From NCBI RefSeq assembly GCF_002498065.1, contig NZ_DAFZ01000109.1:2542-66541 (forward strand): a stretch of DNA of 64,000 nucleotides, written 5' to 3'. Shown in pieces: positions 36,256-46,031 of the stretch. The translations under genes and the position numbers were made by a program. The stretch comes from Methanoculleus sp. UBA208 (GTDB lineage Archaea; Halobacteriota; Methanomicrobia; Methanomicrobiales; Methanoculleaceae). The first letter of the stretch is position 1, and the number at the start of each line of letters is the position of its first letter. The notes below the pieces were generated by a model. That model was not told where the DNA came from, made no database searches, and saw nothing but the letters and a program-made list of their open reading frames with translations.

Positions 36256-36972
36256 TCACGCGAACCGCCGGATGCCGGCAAGCGGCGGGAGGACCACCGC
36301 CTCGCCGTCCACCTCCACCACCGGCTGCAGGGTGCTCGGATCCACGCGGCGGAGGATGGGCGAGAGGAAGTCCCGGCTTCTTACGTAGTTGATCGTGACG
36401 CCGGGAGAGAGCGGGTTGAAGGCCGGCATCACGATGATGTCTTTACCCCTCACCACGCCCTCCCCGTAGAGGAAACAGGGGAACCGGGCGAGATCGATCT
36501 CGATCGCCGGATGGTCGTGGCCGATGATCAGCGTCCCGTGGTCGTCGACCGCCTGATCGCCGTGGACCACCGTATAGCCGCCGCGGTCGTAGCGTTCGAC
36601 CGCCCCCCCTGCGACCGTGGGAAGCATGGCGTCGTGCGATCCCCGGACAAGGACGGCCTCGCACTCGGCCCGAAGGGTCGCAAGGATCGCCGAGAACGTC
36701 TCCCTAACGTCCCGGCTCACCCGGTTGAAGGCGTGGAAGATGTCCCCGTCGAGGACGAAGACCGCCGGAGCGAACCGGCGGAGGATCGCCTCGAACCGTT
36801 CGAGCAGCGTCTCCTCCTCGTGGAGCGGGAAGTGGAGGCCCTGGCGGTAGAGCGTCTCCGCCAGCCCGATATGGACGTCGGAGACGACGCAGAGGGAGAG
36901 TTCCCTGACGTAGAGCGCGCCCTTATAAAAGCCGAACCGGGAGAGGAGTTCGGCCTCACCGACCGCGCTCAT
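36256..36972 (-). CDS. Binuclear metallophosphoesterase (MPE/PdeM-like) coupled to Lhr
   Basis: Track ORF, 238 aa. Motifs VVSDVHIG, LDGDIFH, VRGSHD and GHDHP are present. 4-nt overlap with the lhr stop. Confidence 0.75.
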   Translation of the reverse strand: MSAVGEAELLSRFGFYKGALYVRELSLCVVSDVHIGLAETLYRQGLHFPLHEEETLLERFEAILRRFAPAVFVLDGDIFHAFNRVSRDVRETFSAILATLRAECEAVLVRGSHDAMLPTVAGGAVERYDRGGYTVVHGDQAVDDHGTLIIGHDHPAIEIDLARFPCFLYGEGVVRGKDIIVMPAFNPLSPGVTINYVRSRDFLSPILRRVDPSTLQPVVEVDGEAVVLPPLAGIRRFA

Positions 36973-39587
36973 GCCGCCGCCTCACCTCCGATGCTGCTCA
37001 TCACCCGGCGCTGGAACTCGCGGAGCATCGAGAGCCGGTCCTGCGCGTAGACCGCGTCGGAGACCCCGAGCGTCGCGATCCCGAACGCGAGCGGGCTCGG
37101 GGACGCGGCGCGGGTCAGGACGACCTCGATTGCGCACGCACCGATGCCGTCGACGATCCGCCGGATGTTCTCGACCTCGAACCGGTCCTCGATCACCTCG
37201 CGGTAGGTCTCCCGCATCACGGCGAAGCCGTCGAGCCGTTTGGCAAACGCTATCAGCATGTCGGCGCTCACCTGCTGGCGCCGGGCGCTCCTTCTTTTGC
37301 CCATGTAGTTACGGAGGATCATGAACGACCGGGCCGCGTTGATCCGGAAGACCCGCTTTAAGAGCTGGGTATCCCCGACGGCCTCCTCGAGGATCTCGCT
37401 GCATTCGTCGGCCCGGATGCCCCCGATGATGCGCACGGGGTCGGCTCTCTTCTCCAGCGGAATCGAGACCAGAAACCCGGTGTCGCTGATCCCGACCGAG
37501 ACGTTCGTCGTGACGTCCCGCGCGATCATGAAGGCGACGATCCGGGAGAACCCGTCGTTGAACCGCAGCCCGTAGTTGGTCATGAAGTAGTAGAGGCGGC
37601 GGTGGTTCTCCCGGTCGACCTGCTCCTCGACGACGATCCGGCCGGGCGTGGGGACGGCCAGATCGCCCATGTAGCGCACCTGCTGCTCGAAGATCGCGCA
37701 GATGCTCCGGGCGCTGTTCTCGTCGATCGGGTACCCGGCAAGGAGCGTATCGACGAGGTCTTCCGTCCCCATCGTCTGCATCGCACGAAGCATCGTCTCC
37801 TTGAACCGGAGGACATGGAGGCCGAGATCGAACGAGAGCGGGAGTTTCTCGGAGAACCAGCTCGGTATCGTCGGCCGGTCGGTCGTCGGATCGACGTAGA
37901 GTTTCCCGCCCCGGCGGTAGGCGAACTTGTAGCGCCGCCCCCCGAGGACGAAGACGTCGCCCTTGTTCATCCGCTCCAGGTATTTCTCGTCCAGGTTGCC
38001 GGCAAACGCCCCGTCCCGGGTGAGGACGTCGCAGGAGAACTCATCAGGGATGGTCCCGGAGTTTAAGAAGTAGATCATCCGGGCGTTCCGCCCTCGCTTT
38101 CGAACCGTCCCCTCCTCCGCGTCGTGCCATATCTTCGCGTAGATCCGCCGCTCCTCGAGCCCCGCATACTCCCCCGCGAGGTAGCGGACGACGCTCATGA
38201 GGTCTTCCTCCTCGAGGTTCTGGTAGCAGTGGGACCGGCGGACGACCTCGAGCATCGTATCAACCTGCGTCGTCCCCTCGAGCGCCATCCCGAAGACGTG
38301 CTGGGCGAGGACGTCGAGACAGTTCTCCGGGATGTGGATCCGGTCGACGAACCCGCTCTGCCCCTCCCGGAGCATCACCGCGCACTCGACGAGCTCGTCG
38401 CGATCGAGGACGACGATCCTCCCTTTGACCACCTCGCCGAGGCGGTGCCCGGCCCGCCCGATCCGCTGGAGGAGCGCCGCCACGGACTTGGGCGATCCCA
38501 CCTGGAGGACGAGGTCGACGTGGGGCATGTCGACCCCGAGTTCGAGCGATGTGGAGGTCGTCACCACCTTCACCCTCCCTGACTTGAGTTTCTCCTCGAC
38601 GGCAAGCCTCCCCTCTGTCCCCATCGAGCCGTGATGGCACCCCGTGTTCTCTTCCGTGTAGCACTCCGGGTAGCGGACACGGAGGTTGTGGAGGATCCGC
38701 TCGGCGCCGTTCCTGGTGTTCGTGAAGACGAGCGTGTTGCTGTGATCCTCTACGAGGCGGTGGATGGTCGCGTAAAGGTGCCGCGAGAGGTCTTCGGGTG
38801 TGGTGTCGATGAGATCGGGGACCGGACAGAGGAGCTCCAGGTCGAACTCCCGCGCGAACCGGGTATCGACGATCTCCACCTCGCGCCCGGCGCCGACCAG
38901 GAACCGGCCTACCTCCTCGAGAGGCTCGATCGTCGCCGAGCACCCGATTCGGGTAAAGCCACCGCCCGCCTCCTTCACCAGTTCCTCCAGGCGCTCGAGG
39001 CTCACCGAGAGGTGGACGCCGCGTTTCGAGCCTGCAAGGGAGTGAATCTCGTCGACGACGACCCACCGGACAGTCCGGAGGCTCTCGCGGAACTTCGGGG
39101 AGTTCAAGAGGATCCCGAGGGTCTCGGGGGTGATGTTGAGGATGTGGGGGGGTTTTCGCGCCATCTTTGCTTTATCTGCTATCGAGACGTCCCCGTGCCG
39201 GATCGCGTGCCGTATGGGTGTGTGATCGATCCCCCGCCCGCGGGCGATCTCCCGGACCCCCTCGAGCGGCTGGCTGAGGTTCTTGTGGATGTCGTTTGCG
39301 AGCGACTTGAGCGGTGAGATGTAAAGGCAGTAGACGCTGTCCTCGAGCCCCTCCGTCCGTGCCCGGACAAAGAGGTCGTCGATGATCGCAAGGAACGCCG
39401 AGAGGGTCTTTCCCGACCCGGTCGGCGAACAGATGAGGACGTTCTTTCCGTCGTGGATGAGCGGGACCGCCATCCGTTGCGGCGGCGTGAGACGCCCCTC
39501 CAGTCGTTGCATGCACCATTCCTGTACGTTTTCGTCGAGGAGACCGAGGATCTCCTCATCAGAATGCCCTGCCGGCCGCTTCTCCAT
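36969..39587 (-). CDS. lhr: Lhr-type ATP-dependent DNA helicase (Lhr-core, 872 aa)
   Basis: Track ORF. SF2 motifs are CSPTGSGKT, VVDEIH, SAT, VVTTSTSLELGVD and QRIGRAGH, followed by a C-terminal Lhr-specific region. Confidence 0.85.
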   Translation of the reverse strand: MEKRPAGHSDEEILGLLDENVQEWCMQRLEGRLTPPQRMAVPLIHDGKNVLICSPTGSGKTLSAFLAIIDDLFVRARTEGLEDSVYCLYISPLKSLANDIHKNLSQPLEGVREIARGRGIDHTPIRHAIRHGDVSIADKAKMARKPPHILNITPETLGILLNSPKFRESLRTVRWVVVDEIHSLAGSKRGVHLSVSLERLEELVKEAGGGFTRIGCSATIEPLEEVGRFLVGAGREVEIVDTRFAREFDLELLCPVPDLIDTTPEDLSRHLYATIHRLVEDHSNTLVFTNTRNGAERILHNLRVRYPECYTEENTGCHHGSMGTEGRLAVEEKLKSGRVKVVTTSTSLELGVDMPHVDLVLQVGSPKSVAALLQRIGRAGHRLGEVVKGRIVVLDRDELVECAVMLREGQSGFVDRIHIPENCLDVLAQHVFGMALEGTTQVDTMLEVVRRSHCYQNLEEEDLMSVVRYLAGEYAGLEERRIYAKIWHDAEEGTVRKRGRNARMIYFLNSGTIPDEFSCDVLTRDGAFAGNLDEKYLERMNKGDVFVLGGRRYKFAYRRGGKLYVDPTTDRPTIPSWFSEKLPLSFDLGLHVLRFKETMLRAMQTMGTEDLVDTLLAGYPIDENSARSICAIFEQQVRYMGDLAVPTPGRIVVEEQVDRENHRRLYYFMTNYGLRFNDGFSRIVAFMIARDVTTNVSVGISDTGFLVSIPLEKRADPVRIIGGIRADECSEILEEAVGDTQLLKRVFRINAARSFMILRNYMGKRRSARRQQVSADMLIAFAKRLDGFAVMRETYREVIEDRFEVENIRRIVDGIGACAIEVVLTRAASPSPLAFGIATLGVSDAVYAQDRLSMLREFQRRVMSSIGGEAAA

Positions 39588-40084
39588 CCCTTCACCTGCT
39601 GTTGTCCCCCGGGTTCTGCCGTGCGCCCTCCCGCATACCGGTGCGGGAAACGGCAGGCCCGCGTAATCCCTGATCTGTCCCTTGTTTGGGAGAATTTACC
39701 AACATCGGCGCGGTGAGGTGGCGAAAGGGAAAAACAGTGCTGTAGAATTGGATTCAAACAGCAGTTGCTCCCTTTCTTCGGCCGGAACGCCGCGCCGAAT
39801 TTTGTATGTATTCTGCGATCATCAAAGATAGCCTTTTGCGTATCCCGGCGTGATCGGGTGAGGTGGATGGATGTTATTTGCCGGAACTGTGCCGCGGGTT
39901 TGACGTTTAGGGTCTAAATGCGGCGATTTCCGATCCCGGTGGCAACCGGCTGCGCCTGCTCGCCCCTGAAGAATTCATTCTATCGGCTTTTCCGGCAATT
40001 GCCGCCTCCCCCCTGTGCCGGATTCCGGCAGTTCCGGGTGGCGAGAGCAATCACTCTCCGTACCGGCGCATTTGAGATATTCTA

Positions 40085-40720
40085 ATGTATGATCTCGTGA
40101 AACCTAACAGCGGAATTACGATGACAAATCACCCGGTTAAGAACATGATGCGGTTGATGGCGACCAAGATCCGGACCATTGCGGACGTGATGTCCGACGA
40201 CGAGATCGATGCGCTCCTCGCCGAGATCCTGAACGCGAATCGCATCTACACCATGGGCGCCGGGCGTTCCGGGCTCGTAGCGAAATCATTTGCCATGCGC
40301 CTGATGCACCTCGGGCTCGCCGCATTCGTCGTCGGGGAGACCGTGACCCCGGCCATGAAGCCGGGAGACGTCATTATCGTCTTCTCCGGGTCCGGCGCGA
40401 CGAAGACGGTTGCGGATATCTCGGAGACCGCAAAGGAGATCGGCGGAAGGGTCTGCCTTATTACCTCAAAGAGAGACTCAAGGATAGGCCGCATCGCCGA
40501 CTGCATCGTCATCATCGAGAGCCAGCGGGACAGGGTGGCCGACGAGTCTGCGGAGTTCGAGATCCGGCAGATGATGGGCGAGCACAAATCGTTCGCACCG
40601 CTCGGCACCATCTTCGAGACGACTGCCATGGTCTTTGCGGACGCGATCATATCCCGGCTGATGGAGATCACCCAGTGCAGGCCCGAAGACCTCCAGTGCC
40701 GGCACGCGAACATCGAGTGA
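40085..40720 (+). CDS. hxlB: 6-phospho-3-hexuloisomerase (SIS domain)
   Basis: Track ORF, with an alternative start at 40121 (MTNHP). NRIYTMGAGRSGLVAKSFAMRLMHLGLAAFVVGETVTPAMKPGDVIIVFSGSG closely parallels M. jannaschii PHI as I recall it. Confidence 0.85.
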   Translation: MYDLVKPNSGITMTNHPVKNMMRLMATKIRTIADVMSDDEIDALLAEILNANRIYTMGAGRSGLVAKSFAMRLMHLGLAAFVVGETVTPAMKPGDVIIVFSGSGATKTVADISETAKEIGGRVCLITSKRDSRIGRIADCIVIIESQRDRVADESAEFEIRQMMGEHKSFAPLGTIFETTAMVFADAIISRLMEITQCRPEDLQCRHANIE

Positions 40721-40729
40721 GGTAATATC

Positions 40730-41836
40730 ATGAACGAACACAGGTACGCCGGCCGGGTCAGGTCGGTGGAGATGTCGGGCATCCGCAAGCTCTTCGAAGC
40801 GGGGGGGCCTGATGCAATCAACCTCGGGATCGGGCAGCCGGACTTCGATACGCCCGACCATATCAAGATGGCCGCGATCGCCGCCATCAGGGAGGGGCGA
40901 ACCGGCTACACGCCGAACGCCGGGATACCGGAACTGCGGGAGGCGATCTGTGAAAAGTTTGCGCGGGAGAACGGTCTTGCCTACCGGCCGGAGCAGATCC
41001 TGGTCACGGCAGGAGGGAGCGAAGCGCTTCACCTCGTCATGGAGGCGCTCGTGGATCCGGGCGACCGCGTCCTCTTCACCGACCCGGGATTCGTCTCCTA
41101 CGCCGCCCTTGCGACCTTCGCCGGCGGAAAGCCCGAGGGCGTGGCGCTCGATGCCGCCCTGCACATCGATGTCGAGCGGGCGAAGGAGCAGATGGACGGA
41201 GCGCGGGTCTTCGTCCTGAACTCTCCTGCAAACCCGACGGGCGCCGTCGAGAGCGAGGAGTCTATCCGCGCCCTCGTGGAGTACGCGGGCGACCGGGGGG
41301 TCACCGTCGTTACCGACGAGGTCTACGAGCACTTCATTTACGAGAAAGAGCACGTCAGTGCGGCCCGGTTCGGCGAGGACGTCATCACCGTCAACGCCGC
41401 GAGCAAGACCTACGCCATGACCGGCTGGCGGGTCGGCTACCTCGCGGCACCCGAGGACTACATCCCGGAGTTCCTCAAGGTCCACCAGTACGCCCAGGCG
41501 TGCGCGACGTCGATATCGCAGTATGCCGCGCTCGCCGCGTACACCGGCGACCAGAGCGCGGTCGCGCGGATGCGGGAGGAGTACCGCGCACGGCGCGACC
41601 TCCTCTACGACGGGCTTTCCGGTCTCGGGTTCGATTTCCCCCGGCCGGAAGGCGCGTTCTACATGTTCGTCCCGATGGGGCGATCCCTCATCGAGAAGGC
41701 CGTCGAGAACGGCATCATCATCGTGCCGGGCTCGGCGTTCGGCTCGCGGGCACCCGAATATGCACGCTTCAGCTACGCGACCTCCCGGGAGAACCTCTCC
41801 CGGGCGATCGGGAGGCTCGAGGCGCTGATGGGGTGA
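40730..41836 (+). CDS. Class I/II (aspartate-type) aminotransferase
   Basis: Track ORF, 368 aa. The PLP-lysine context SKTYAMTGWRVGY and NSPANPTG are present. Confidence 0.85.
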   Translation: MNEHRYAGRVRSVEMSGIRKLFEAGGPDAINLGIGQPDFDTPDHIKMAAIAAIREGRTGYTPNAGIPELREAICEKFARENGLAYRPEQILVTAGGSEALHLVMEALVDPGDRVLFTDPGFVSYAALATFAGGKPEGVALDAALHIDVERAKEQMDGARVFVLNSPANPTGAVESEESIRALVEYAGDRGVTVVTDEVYEHFIYEKEHVSAARFGEDVITVNAASKTYAMTGWRVGYLAAPEDYIPEFLKVHQYAQACATSISQYAALAAYTGDQSAVARMREEYRARRDLLYDGLSGLGFDFPRPEGAFYMFVPMGRSLIEKAVENGIIIVPGSAFGSRAPEYARFSYATSRENLSRAIGRLEALMG

Positions 41837-41843
41837 GAGAAGA

Positions 41844-42881
41844 ATGGTGAAAGAGTTACTCAGGAAGTTATCGGACGCCCACGGCGTCTCGAGCAGCGAA
41901 GGAAGCATCAGGGAGATCGTCAGGGCAGAACTTGCCGGGTCGGTCGACGAGTTCCGCGAGGACACGATGGGCAACCTGATTGCCGTGAAGCGCGGCGACG
42001 ACTTCTCTATCATGCTCGCCGCCCACATGGATGAGATCGGCCTGATGGTCCAGTTCGTCGACGAGAAGGGGTTCATCCGGGTCGTCCCCATCGGGGGATG
42101 GTTCGGGCCGGTGCTCTACTGCCAGCGGGTGGTCCTGCACGGGAAGAAAGGGCCGGTCACGGGAGTCATCGGCGCAAAACCCCCCCACGTGATGAAGGAA
42201 GACGAGCGCAAAAAAGAGATAAAGATCGAGAATATGTTCGTCGACGTGGGCGCGGCGAGCGAGGAGGAGGTGAAGGATCTCGGGATCGAGATCGGCACCC
42301 CGATCACCCTCGACCGCGAGTACACGGAACTTGCCGGCAACCGCGTCACCGGCAAAGCGCTCGATAACCGGGTCGGCGTCGCGATGCTCATCCGGGCCCT
42401 GCAGCAGGCGAAGTCGCCCCACACGATCTACGGCGTCTTCACGGTCCAGGAGGAACTGGGGCTGAAGGGCGCGAAGGTGAGCGCCTACTCCTTGAACCCC
42501 GACTGCGCGATCGCGACCGACGTCACCATCCCCGGCGACCACCCGGGAATCGAGAAGAAGGACGCGAGCGTCGAGATGGGCAAGGGCCCCGTCCTCGTTC
42601 TCGTCAGCGCGAGCGGGCGCGGGCTCATGGCCGACCCGCGGATGACCGCGTGGCTCCGGGAGACCGCGGAGAAGAACGGCATCCCCTGCCAGATCGAGGT
42701 CGGGACCGGCGGCAACACCGACGCGACGATCATCCACCTGGAGCGGGGCGGTATCCCGAGCATCCCGTTCTCGATCGCCGCCCGCTACATCCACTCCCCG
42801 GTCGAGGTGGTCGATACCGGCGACATCGAGGCCGGGGTACGGCTCCTCGTCGAGGCGCTGAAGGGCAGGCCCGCGCTCTGA
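41844..42881 (+). CDS. M42-family (TET/FrvX-like) aminopeptidase
   Basis: Track ORF, 345 aa. Motifs AHMDEIGLMV, ALDNRVGVAMLI, VQEELGLKGA and RYIHSPVE are present. Confidence 0.85.
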   Translation: MVKELLRKLSDAHGVSSSEGSIREIVRAELAGSVDEFREDTMGNLIAVKRGDDFSIMLAAHMDEIGLMVQFVDEKGFIRVVPIGGWFGPVLYCQRVVLHGKKGPVTGVIGAKPPHVMKEDERKKEIKIENMFVDVGAASEEEVKDLGIEIGTPITLDREYTELAGNRVTGKALDNRVGVAMLIRALQQAKSPHTIYGVFTVQEELGLKGAKVSAYSLNPDCAIATDVTIPGDHPGIEKKDASVEMGKGPVLVLVSASGRGLMADPRMTAWLRETAEKNGIPCQIEVGTGGNTDATIIHLERGGIPSIPFSIAARYIHSPVEVVDTGDIEAGVRLLVEALKGRPAL

Positions 42882-42983
42882 TACAACCCTCTTTTTTTAT
42901 TCTGGAAAAATCCTCCTGTTAGAGAACATACTACTGCCTCCCTCGTCAGCAACAACACAATCGAAATAAGGAAGTATCACGTT

Positions 42984-43375
42984 GCAGTGGACCGTGGGAA
43001 CTGCGCACCTTCGCACCTTCGGTGCTCAAACTCCGTTCCTACCGGAACGTCGTTCTCCGGTGCTCGAACTCCGCCTGCACCTCCGGTGCACGCGTCGTTT
43101 ATCGCCGTGGGGGGTGTGCGACTGTCGGGACGACAGGAGCACGAGCACCGTTAGGTGCGAGGGGACAGGGGAGGGGGGCATGCCCCCCTCCCCGTCAGCC
43201 TCTCCCCCAAATGGGGATATCCCCTTGAAATCCGTGTCAGCGTGACTGCAGAATATTACCAGATACAAAGAGTGTGAGCACCGAAAGGTGCGCAACCCGG
43301 TGGAAAGCCGTGCCCCGGAGTGCCCCTGGATTGCGACCCTCCTGGAGCAAAGAGGTGGAGTTTCAACAAACCCTT
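42984..43375. repeat. Hairpin-dense noncoding repeat element, copy B (paralogous to 24640-25225)
   Basis: Shares with copy A: gtggaccgtgg, ggtgctcgaactcc (43059, plus a variant at 43021), gtcgtttatcgcc (43094) and the 28-mer at 43295-43322. It contains a perfect 26-nt palindrome, ggggaggggggcatgcccccctcccc (43168-43193), and ggggatatcccc (43213-43224). Confidence 0.6.
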
Positions 43376-43434
43376 TTTTGACATTTCCCTGCACAGAAAG
43401 GATTAAAGTATCCTCCGTGCAGAGCGGCCCCCGT

Positions 43435-43983
43435 ATGACCGACGGCGTGTCCGGATTTCTGCAGGAGATCTTCTTTGGAAACCCTGCCTACCTGGTGCGG
43501 GTCCTGATCATCGGCATCCTCGCGTATGTGGCCCTCGTGATCATCCTCCGCATCTCGGGGAAGCGGACGCTCTCGGCGATGAACGCCTTCGACTTCATCG
43601 TGACCGTGGCGCTCGGCTCGACCCTTGCATCGGTGATCACCTCAAGAGACGTCTCGCTCGCGGAGGGGGTCCTCGCCCTCGGTCTCCTGGTCGGCCTGCA
43701 GTACATCGTCTCCTGGTTCTCCGTCCGGTCGGAGCGGGTGCAGAAGGCGGTGAAGTCGGAGCCCCGCCTCCTCTTCCACGCGGGGGAGTTCCTGCATGAC
43801 GCAATGCGGCGGGAACGCATCGCCGAAAGCGAGATCCGGCAGGCGCTGCGGTCGGAGGGGATCGGCTCCCTCGAGAGCGTGCGCTCAATCGTCCTCGAGA
43901 CGAACGGAAACCTCTCGGTGATTACGAAGAGCAAGAGCGACGGCACGGAATCGCTCGTCGATGTGGCAGGGGCCCGCAGGTAA
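43435..43983 (+). CDS. DUF421 (YetF-like) membrane protein
   Basis: Inner ATG 43435 of track ORF 43288..43983, which otherwise runs into the repeat element. MTDGVSGFLQEIFFGNPAYLVRVLIIGILAYVALVIILRISGKRTLSAMNAFDFIVTVALGS. Confidence 0.75.
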   Translation: MTDGVSGFLQEIFFGNPAYLVRVLIIGILAYVALVIILRISGKRTLSAMNAFDFIVTVALGSTLASVITSRDVSLAEGVLALGLLVGLQYIVSWFSVRSERVQKAVKSEPRLLFHAGEFLHDAMRRERIAESEIRQALRSEGIGSLESVRSIVLETNGNLSVITKSKSDGTESLVDVAGARR

Positions 43984-44254
43984 CGGATCGGCGAAAACAG
44001 GGTGCCCAAGAGATAAGGCCTTACGCCCGGGCACATTTCGGTTCATGGTGCAGTGTTTTTTTTGTGTTCGCAGGCCGTAACCGTTCTGGCCTGTGAACCC
44101 GCTGCATCATGTGATGATGTGCCTTCTGGTTGACCCCACTCTCAGGCAAGATCCCCCCATAACGCTGAAAGTATATAATTTTAACCTATGGTGTGAATAA
44201 TAATTTTCCTGTGTCCTATGGTCCAGGCCGGCTTTCTCCTCCCTCCAGACGATC

Positions 44255-44482
44255 TCACTCTTCCACAATGATGACCGCGACCGGGCACGAATCGGCGGCC
44301 TCCAGGACGCAGTCGGCAAGGTCGTCGGGCACCTCGCCCTCCGCGGGATTGCCGTCGACCCGGTACTGTTCCTTGATCGAGCTCAGGCCGTCGTTTGGGT
44401 CCTCTTCAAAGACATCCGGGCAGAGCGTCCAGCACGACTCGCAGCTGGTGCATCCCGGCCTGTCGATGGTAACTTTCACCAC
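44255..44482 (-). CDS. Small single-cluster ferredoxin (75 aa)
   Basis: Track ORF. CTSCESCWTLCP ... CP is the pattern of Fer4_13/15-type ferredoxins. The protein is acidic. Confidence 0.8.
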   Translation of the reverse strand: MVKVTIDRPGCTSCESCWTLCPDVFEEDPNDGLSSIKEQYRVDGNPAEGEVPDDLADCVLEAADSCPVAVIIVEE

Positions 44483-44622
44483 CCTCTATACCTCCGTTTG
44501 GATCCCCGAGAGGTACTCCTCCATGTTAAATGTGACGGAGGCAGGCGGTCCCCGGGCGGTTCGGCGGCACCGGGGACCGCCCGATATGGAGAAGGAGGGC
44601 GGGTGGAGACCCGGTCCCCCGC

Positions 44623-45350
44623 TCAGGGCAGTGGTGCCGGTGGCACGAAGGTCGGCAGCACGTCCCAGGTGACGAACGCCGGGCGCTCTGCTGGCGCTTC
44701 ACCCCTGATGAAGACGCCGACGCCGTAGTATTTCAGTGAATCGGGTCCGGTAGGGATCTCGGCCTCGTAGTCGTGCCAGGACTGCATGAACTCGTCGCGG
44801 TCCATGGCGATCCGCACCCCGAGCATGTCGGGGTCCTCGAGGTAGACGGAGCGGTCGTCGACCCCGACCACGACCATGTAGTGCCCGAAGTCCCAGGACT
44901 CTTCCCAGGTCTTGTCGGGCTCTTTGATGCGCTGGGCGTCGATGATGACCGGGACGCCGTCCCGGAGCGAGGCCTCGAGGTCGGCGATGGTGAGGTTCTC
45001 TTTCCACTCCGCTTCAAGCCCGAGGGATTCTGCGACCCGGACCATGTCCCAGGGGTAGGTCCCGTGGCGAGGGCTCGTGTTGAGGTAGCGCCGCAGATCC
45101 GTCTCGAAGGCGTCGAGGCCCCAGTAGCAGAGCACCGCCTGCATGGACGACGGACGGCACGTCCGGAGTTCAAGCACCGTCAGGTGCGGGCGACGACGCG
45201 CCGCAGGAGTAGTGCTCCGCCTGCCGGACGTCGGGGACCCCGGCGAGGATGACCGGACCCTCGGGAGATGGGGGGGGCGGTCGCGAGGTAGACGGCACCG
45301 CCGGCGATGAGTGCCCCGATGAGGAAAGAAGCGATTATGCGGGTGTGCAT
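44623..45350 (-). CDS. Membrane-anchored C39-like (papain-fold) cysteine peptidase, 5' region out of frame
   Basis: The body of track ORF 44623..45441 carries TCRPSSMQAVLCYWG (catalytic Cys context) and GHYMVVVGVD (His). The only plausible start, ATG 45350, encodes a TM helix (MHTRIIASFLIGALIAGGAVYLATAPP) in a different frame, ahead of a C8 run (G8 on the plus strand, 45270-45277). The track ORF extension would overlap the HD gene. Confidence 0.55.
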
Positions 45351-45437
45351 GATAGAGATATTCGCATATGGCCGTTAAGCGTTTCTTTATCCGGAGAATG
45401 GGAGTTCCTCCTCGTTGTCCGGAGGTTCCCTCTGCAA

Positions 45438-46031
45438 TCACGAATCCGGCGGGATTCGGGCGTCCATCTCGTCGTCCAGGGCCTCGAGAAACGCAAGGAG
45501 GAACGCGTGCCTCTTTTCGGCGAGGCTCCGGGCGCTCTCTGTGTACATAAGATCTCTCAGGTTCAGGAGTTTTTCATGAAAGTGACCGGTTGCGTCCGCG
45601 ATGCCCCGTCCCTGCTCTCCGGATTGCATAAACGTCCTCGCGATCCCGACCGCACCCATCGCGTCCAGGTTGTCCGCGTCCGAGAGGATCCGGGCTTCCA
45701 GGGTTTCTGGGGCGATGCCCGAACTATACCGGTGCGCACGGATGGCGTGGGTGATGGCGGCGATGCGGTCTTTTGGGTAACGGATGGAGCGGAGGTAGGA
45801 TTCCGCCATCCGTGCTCCCTCTTCCTCGTGGGGGACGCCCGTCTCCTCTTCGTAAGGTCGCGCGATGTCGTGGAAGAGGGCGGCCGGGATGAGGATCCGC
45901 ATATCCGCACCCTCGTGGGCGCCGAGGTGCTCGCAGAGACGCACGACCCTCTCGGTATGGTCGAACCCGTGCGCCCCTGATGGGAACGCCGTCCTGACGT
46001 AATCGAGCATCGCGGTAGTCTCTTCATCCAT
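45438..46031 (-). CDS. HD-domain phosphohydrolase (197 aa)
   Basis: Track ORF. Motifs GFDHTERV, ALFHDIARP and SDADNLDAMGAVG are present. Confidence 0.8.
   Translation of the reverse strand: MDEETTAMLDYVRTAFPSGAHGFDHTERVVRLCEHLGAHEGADMRILIPAALFHDIARPYEEETGVPHEEEGARMAESYLRSIRYPKDRIAAITHAIRAHRYSSGIAPETLEARILSDADNLDAMGAVGIARTFMQSGEQGRGIADATGHFHEKLLNLRDLMYTESARSLAEKRHAFLLAFLEALDDEMDARIPPDS

Noticed and set aside
39588-40084. Possible ncRNA or small gene in the 500-bp ORF-free region upstream of the PHI gene
   Set aside because: I could find no convincing stem-loop architecture, tRNA-like fold or conserved-looking ORF by eye. Only the short palindrome reported above stands out.
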